Made by a program: the position numbers and the translations under genes. The notes under the pieces were generated by a model. The model saw only the letters and a list, made by a program, of their open reading frames with translations, did no database searches and was not told the DNA's origin. DNA of 64,000 bases from Gemmatimonadota bacterium (lineage in GTDB: Bacteria > Gemmatimonadota > Gemmatimonadetes > Gemmatimonadales > Gemmatimonadaceae): positions 32,001 through 96,000 of the forward strand of contig JAZJZK010000015.1 in NCBI GenBank assembly GCA_040389905.1, read 5' to 3'. Positions 59,198 through 64,000 of this stretch are shown piece by piece (the first letter of the stretch is position 1; each line of letters starts with the position of its first letter).

Positions 59198-59904
59198 GAC
59201 GCGTCGATTCCAAGTAGTTCGCGTACATCGTCGCGAAACTCCGCGTCGCTCGCCGAGAGTGAGCGCAGGACGTCGAGCACGTGGCGGCGAAATGTGCGGC
59301 GCGCCCAGGCGAGGTGGTTCGTCACCGTGGTCTCGCTGAGGCCAAAACGAGCGGCGAGTTCCCGGTAGCCAGGCCGCGTGCAGCCGGGATAGTCCGCGAT
59401 GTCATAGGCCTCGAACAACTCGACATGGACGTCCTTGCCGGCGAGATGCGCTTCAGTGCGCAATGCATCGAGTGCGAGCGCGAAGACGCTGCGAATCCAC
59501 TCCTGACGAAAGTGCGCGTCGGCGTCGTGGTCGGCATTGGCTGGCAGCGCATTCGCGTCGTCGAGCGAGACGATCACGAGGTCACCGCCGCGCTTGAGCC
59601 GCGTCGCAGCTGTTCGTGACTTTGCCACGAACCGATCGACGCACATTCGAAGGAAGCTGCGGAAGCGCGCCTGTTCGGGATCGAAGCGGTTCAACCACTC
59701 CTTCGCGAGCGCCTCGGCGAAGAACTCCTGGGTGAGGTCCTCGGCGTCTGCGCGTTCGAGACGCCAGCGCGTGCGCAACGTGGACGCGATCGGTTCCCAA
59801 TACGCGCGCGCGACGAGGTCGCCCGCCGCGCGCCGAATGTCGGCGTCGGGGTCGGCAAGGGCGGTGAGGATTGAAGGTCGCGTGGCGGGAAACTCGCGCT
59901 GCAC
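59194..59904 (-). CDS. ECF sigma factor of kinase-associated type; start uncertain
   Basis: FPATR.S, YWEPI, AEDLTQEFF, RFRSFL, YRELA..GLSE..V.N.L; GTGA overlap with kinase. Confidence 0.85.
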   Translation of the reverse strand: MQREFPATRPSILTALADPDADIRRAAGDLVARAYWEPIASTLRTRWRLERADAEDLTQEFFAEALAKEWLNRFDPEQARFRSFLRMCVDRFVAKSRTAATRLKRGGDLVIVSLDDANALPANADHDADAHFRQEWIRSVFALALDALRTEAHLAGKDVHVELFEAYDIADYPGCTRPGYRELAARFGLSETTVTNHLAWARRTFRRHVLDVLRSLSASDAEFRDDVRELLGIDAS

Positions 59905-60051
59905 GGTCGGATGGAGGGAGGCCACGTCATGCCTGCTGCACTCGGCCAAGGTTGTGAGGGTGAGCGCGCGGACGCAACGCTTGGCTGCCATTTGCCGCCA
60001 CATGCTCGGCGAGCCAGTTGAGCTCAAAAGCATCGTAAGTTGCTGTCCATC

Positions 60052-60085
60052 TTGTAGTTATATCATGAGTCGGTTATGATTGAGT
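60052..60085 (+). promoter_or_regulatory. Putative leaderless promoter with palindromic operator
   Basis: TTGTAG, 17 bp, TATGAT ending 5 nt before ATG 60086; ATCATGA..TTATGAT overlap. Confidence 0.5.
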
Positions 60086-60349
60086 ATGCGCATTCCGAGC
60101 GACTACCTGGCTGAAATTGGACGGCGGGGTGGGCTCAAGAGTCGGCGCGTTCTGAGCTCCGAGGATGCGCGCAACATGGTCCGTGTGCGTGAGGCGCGGA
60201 GCGCGTTTCGACGCTTTCGTGCGACCTGCTTCTGGTCCTATCGGCCTGACCTCGTTATTCGGGTTGCCGACGTTCCGTGGGTCGCGGAGCAGCTGAAGAA
60301 GCATGGCAATCGTGATGCGTGGGACGTCGCGGCCCGCCTATGCCGCTAA
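60086..60349 (+). CDS. Small protein, putative antitoxin partner
   Basis: YLAEIGRRGG.KSRR; CFWS..PD; overlaps downstream NTase start. Confidence 0.7.
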   Translation: MRIPSDYLAEIGRRGGLKSRRVLSSEDARNMVRVREARSAFRRFRATCFWSYRPDLVIRVADVPWVAEQLKKHGNRDAWDVAARLCR

Positions 60350-61155
60350 CCGAATTCCAACGCACTCTCCTCGCCGACCTTGCGGCGACACCAAACGACG
60401 ACCGGTATCTGGCGGGTGGTGCCGCTATGCACTTTGCGCCGAATTCCGCGCGATATAGTGACGACCTCGATTTCTTTCACGACTCTGAAGCGCGGGTCAG
60501 TGCCGCATTCGCGGTTGATCGTGCACGCCTTGCCAGTCTCGGCTACGACCTCCAAATCGAGCTGAGCTTGCCCGGTTTCGTGAGGGCTGTTGTCGAACGA
60601 GATGGCGATATCACGAGAATCGACTGGGCGCACGATTCCGCCTGGCGCTTCATGCCGCTCGTGCGCGATCCGCTCGGCGGGCTGTTACTGCATCCGGTGG
60701 ATCTCGCGGTCAACAAGGTTCTCGCGCTAGCGGGTCGCGATGAACCGCGAGACTTCGTCGACATTCTGTTCGTACATCGGGAGGTGTTGTCACTTGCCGC
60801 GCTGTGTTGGGCAGCGCCCGGGAAAGACCCAGGGCTCACACCGCTATCGTTGCTCGAGCTGCTGAAACGGCATGGCCGATATCATCCGGCGGATTTCGAC
60901 CGATTGCAGCTCGCAGTGCCCTTTGACATCGTCGAGGCGAAAGCGACGTGGCTGGAGGCGTTGGCGGGCGCCGACGCGTTCGTGCGCGAGCGACCGGTCG
61001 CGGAGATGGGTTGTCTGTACTACTCGAGTCGTGGCGCGCGCTTCGTCACGCCGCGGAGCGGAGTCTCGCTCGAGGAGGATGGACTTTCAGTCCACTTCGG
61101 CGTGCCGGGCGGCGTGCTCCCCCGCATCGCGGGGGAACGATTGGAGATGCGTTGA
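60340..61155 (+). CDS. AbiEii-like nucleotidyltransferase (type IV TA toxin)
   Basis: YLAGGAA...RYSDDLDFF, NKVLALAGR.EPRDFVD. Confidence 0.8.
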   Translation: MPLTEFQRTLLADLAATPNDDRYLAGGAAMHFAPNSARYSDDLDFFHDSEARVSAAFAVDRARLASLGYDLQIELSLPGFVRAVVERDGDITRIDWAHDSAWRFMPLVRDPLGGLLLHPVDLAVNKVLALAGRDEPRDFVDILFVHREVLSLAALCWAAPGKDPGLTPLSLLELLKRHGRYHPADFDRLQLAVPFDIVEAKATWLEALAGADAFVRERPVAEMGCLYYSSRGARFVTPRSGVSLEEDGLSVHFGVPGGVLPRIAGERLEMR

Positions 61156-61185
61156 CGTGATGTTCGCGCAGCAAGCAGCGCGTCT

Positions 61186-61604
61186 TTATTCCGACCAGTT
61201 CTCCACTTTCAGTCCGGCGAACGGCAGGAAATCTTTCGCGTTCAGCGTGACCAGAACGAGCTTGTGGCTATGCGCGATGGCGGCGATTTGCCCGTCGACG
61301 AACAGCGTGCGGCGCCCGAGTGCCTCGAGCCGAGCGCGCTCATGGCCGTGCCACAGCGCAGAAGTGTCGTCGGAGGGCAGAATGGGAAACGAGACCTTCA
61401 CAACGTCGTTCAGGTAGCTCTCGAGCGTCGTTCGACGCCGACCGCGTGGAAGACGCCGAACTCCGTACGCCAGTTCGTGCCACACCGGTGCCCCAATGGC
61501 GCACTGGTGACCGCGTTCCTCGAGTCGTCGAACGATGAAAGGGTTCGGTGTTTTCGCGACAGGAGCGGACACAATGCTCGTGTCGAGCAGTACCGTAGCG
61601 TCAC
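61186..61604 (-). pseudogene. vapC: VapC PIN toxin with 1-bp deletion near start
   Basis: GTG ACG CTA CGG TAC TG CTC GAC ACG (expected MTLRYLLDT); shifted frame WHEL..G, DGQIAAIA, LVT.N.KDF. Confidence 0.8.
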
Positions 61605-61876
61605 AGCGAAACGTCGCGCCCCGTTCCGCGGTCCCGCACGCCGGAGAAAACATCGTCGCTGTCGATGACATCCGTCGAATGGCGCCGGAGGAACTCTCGG
61701 TAGGTCGAACTAAACTCCTGTCGGGAGTCGCGTAGGCGAGCCAATTCCTCAAGTCCAATGACTGCTGCGACGGGCTTTCCTCTGCGTGTGAGTTGTACCT
61801 CGACGCCGGCCTCGGCCTGATCGACGATTGTCGGAAGCTGGCTGCGTGCCTCAGCGATAGAGTAGCGGTTCGACAT
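61601..61876 (-). CDS. Phd/YefM antitoxin
   Basis: YSIAEARSQL..IV..AE.G..V.LTRRGKPVAAVI. Confidence 0.92.
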   Translation of the reverse strand: MSNRYSIAEARSQLPTIVDQAEAGVEVQLTRRGKPVAAVIGLEELARLRDSRQEFSSTYREFLRRHSTDVIDSDDVFSGVRDRGTGRDVSL

Positions 61877-61882
61877 TCTGAT

Positions 61883-61902
61883 ATGTACATCCACATGTAC
61901 AT
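61883..61902 (-). promoter_or_regulatory. Tandem palindromic operator of phd-vapC
   Basis: ATGTACAT-CCAC-ATGTACAT just upstream of the antitoxin ATG. Confidence 0.7.
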
Positions 61903-61932
61903 TTATTACAAGCCCTACCAACACGACTAAAC

Positions 61933-61970
61933 GAAGCGGGCGGAATCTCGAAAGAGACTCCGCCCGCTTC
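61933..61970 (-). terminator. Terminator after sigma factor gene
   Basis: GAAGCGGGCGGAATCTC-GAAA-GAGACTCCGCCCGCTTC. Confidence 0.75.
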
Positions 61971-61991
61971 AACAACCTGTCGCATGATCGA

Positions 61992-62885
61992 CTACGCCGC
62001 CTGCCAGAACCCCGCAAGCGCACGTCCATCGGGTGACTCGCGCAGCTTTTCAAATGCCCGCTCGCGAATCTGACGAATGCGTTCCCTCGTGACACCCATG
62101 AGCGCGCCGATCTTCTCGAGCGTCATCGGTTCGCCACTCTCATCGAGCCCGTAGTAGAGGAACAGGATCTTCCGCTCGCGCGGCGTGAGGTATTTCCGGA
62201 AGACCTTCTCGATGAATTCCTTCATGAGCTTGTAGTCCGTCACCTCTTCGATCTCGGTGCCATCCACGCCGGCGAACCGTTCGCCGAGCGTAGAGGCTTC
62301 GCGATCCGATCGATCGATCGGTGCGTCGAGCGAGACTTCCGTGGACGACATCTGCTTCGCCGCACGCACCGCCTCGGGCGTTTCTTCGAGGAGCCGGGAG
62401 ATCTCGTTTTCGGTGGGGTCGCGCTTGAGAACCTGGGCGAGGATCGTCTCGGCGCGAGCAAGACGGATGAGCTGCGAATTCTGGTTGAGCGGGATGCGGA
62501 CGCTGCGTGTCTGTTCGGCAAGTGCCTTGAGTACGGCCTGGCGTACCCACCAGACGGCGTACGAGATGAACTTGACACCCTGATCCGGATCGAACTTCCG
62601 AACGGCCTTGAGTAGTCCTTCGTTGCCGATGGCGACGAGCTCACTCAGGTCGAGTCCATGGCCCTGATACTTCTTCACATACGAGATGACGAATCGAAGG
62701 TTCGCCGTGACGAGCCGTTCCGCGGCGGCCTCGTCTCCCTTTTGAGCGAGCCTCGCAAGGCGTCGCTCCTCGGCCGCATCACTGATGAGCGGCAGCTTTT
62801 GTATGTCCTGAAGGTACTGGTCGAATGCGGTGGAGGGGGACGAACGGAAATATCCTTTTGACCTGGTCTCGGTCGCTTGCTCCAT
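61992..62885 (-). CDS. RNA polymerase sigma-70 factor (RpoD/SigA-like, no region 1.1)
   Basis: ANLRFVIS..KKY, GNEGL.KAV.KFDP..G.KFISYAVWW, TLE.IG..MGVTRERIRQI. Confidence 0.93.
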   Translation of the reverse strand: MEQATETRSKGYFRSSPSTAFDQYLQDIQKLPLISDAAEERRLARLAQKGDEAAAERLVTANLRFVISYVKKYQGHGLDLSELVAIGNEGLLKAVRKFDPDQGVKFISYAVWWVRQAVLKALAEQTRSVRIPLNQNSQLIRLARAETILAQVLKRDPTENEISRLLEETPEAVRAAKQMSSTEVSLDAPIDRSDREASTLGERFAGVDGTEIEEVTDYKLMKEFIEKVFRKYLTPRERKILFLYYGLDESGEPMTLEKIGALMGVTRERIRQIRERAFEKLRESPDGRALAGFWQAA

Positions 62886-63212
62886 ACACGCCCCTTACCT
62901 GTGCCGGAAGGTTCTCGGGTCGACCTCAGCTGCACAGAGCCGAGCGCCCGACGTGAGTCAGCAGGACGGCGAGGATAATGCTTGGGGAAAAAACCGTCAA
63001 CAGCGAGTTTGCCAGAATGGCCCCATCCGCAGATTTGTGATGCAGCTAACTTCTGTATTGACAGCGCATTAGAGGGTTACTGAGAAGAATTCGCTGGGAA
63101 TTCATATGTTTGCGGATATTGCTAGTTGGTGCCGAGCTCGCTTCCGCGCCGAAATGCACTTCAAATGCATTGAGGTCAAGGCTTTAGCTGAATTCAGCCA
63201 AGTAACGACGCA

Positions 63213-63298
63213 AGGAGCGGATGTAACGGATGCAACAAAAACGACCAGATCTCAAGCAGGATCAGGTCGTTTCCGTTGCATCCGAGTCATCCGCTCCT
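63213..63298. repeat. Diverged CGGAT-type palindromic element
   Basis: AGGAGCGGATGTAACGGATGCAAC ... GTTGCATCCGAGTCATCCGCTCCT. Confidence 0.6.
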
Positions 63299-63370
63299 AA
63301 CTAAACCCGAGAAGCATGGATTGAACAATTGGCAAATCAGGCGTTACCCGCCCGTTGCGAAGGTCCAGCC

Positions 63371-63550
63371 TCATGTCGCCGGCGGATCCTTCATCTTGCC
63401 ATGCGTCGTTGCGCGAAGAATGCCGAGCCCGAGCAGCACGACGACACCGACGCCGATCCACATCGGGGGGACGTTGAGCAAATACGCGGCGACACCAAGT
63501 CCGATGACCAGGACGATGAAGCCGATGAGGTACGTGCCGAATGAGGACAT
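63371..63550 (-). CDS. Small two-TM membrane protein
   Basis: MSSFGTYLIGFIVLVIGL..PPMWIGVGVVVLLGLGIL. Confidence 0.75.
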   Translation of the reverse strand: MSSFGTYLIGFIVLVIGLGVAAYLLNVPPMWIGVGVVVLLGLGILRATTHGKMKDPPAT

Positions 63551-63604
63551 GATCTGTTCCGTTGAGGTCGTTGCGTTAAAAGGCAAGGACGGGACCACAA
63601 CGGA

Positions 63605-64000
63605 CTAGCCAGGCCTATTTGGGCCCCCAAGCTTTCCCGTCAGGACCGTGTCCTTTTTCGCGCCCTTCGGTCGAGGGACGAGCACGGCCGTTCCACGCTG
63701 CCGGCCGAAACTGCGCGCTTCGGAGCACATGGGCGTCCACACGTCGAGCCGGTTGCCCTTGATGTCCTTACCCGTGTCATCCACGAGAAAGCGACCGAAA
63801 TACGTGCGTCCCACGTAAATCTCGATGTAGCGCGCCAGCGGAAAGACGTGCGGATCGGAGGCGACGATGCCTTCGCGAACCCACCGGTCTCGACGCGTGC
63901 GCCCTCGAAGGCAATATGCGGTCACGCTCACGGGCACCGGGTCGCCATACCGCAAGTGCACCGGACGTCGATTCGCCCACTCGGCGGAGGCGCCGAGCAC
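63605..64000 (-). CDS. 3D-domain protein (5' end outside window)
   Basis: VTAYC, GIVASDP..FPL, V.DTG..IKGNRLDVW..C.EA..FG. Confidence 0.85.
   Translation of the reverse strand: MLGASAEWANRRPVHLRYGDPVPVSVTAYCLRGRTRRDRWVREGIVASDPHVFPLARYIEIYVGRTYFGRFLVDDTGKDIKGNRLDVWTPMCSEARSFGRQRGTAVLVPRPKGAKKDTVLTGKLGGPNRPG

Overview
High-GC bacterial window; gene content (BTAD-TPR regulator, ECF sigma/Ser-Thr kinase pair, duplicated orphan permease) suggests Gemmatimonadota, by inference only. Housekeeping genes (gltA, glcDEF, mutY, crcB, ygfZ-like, a sigma-70) are mixed with accessory loci. Highlights: (1) a GxxExxY PD-(D/E)XK gene bracketed exactly by perfect 29-bp inverted repeats, with gene-less palindromic relatives elsewhere in the window, resembling an autonomous element plus MITE/REP-like derivatives; (2) at the left edge, a translationally coupled operon of KAS III (Cys-His-His), thioester reductase, carrier protein, SerRS-like amino acid:carrier-protein ligase and a probable diiron enzyme; (3) a 1194-aa HTH + Ser/Thr kinase + duplicated MacB/FtsX permease fusion behind two paralogous secreted beta-propellers; (4) a decayed integron (frameshifted intI, internally deleted IS110, one canonical attC, cassette-like genes); (5) a GTCA-type REP family with copies translated in frame inside genes; (6) two type II TA modules with frameshifted toxins. 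No rRNA, tRNA or CRISPR array was seen. All calls come from reading motifs by eye; no searches were run.
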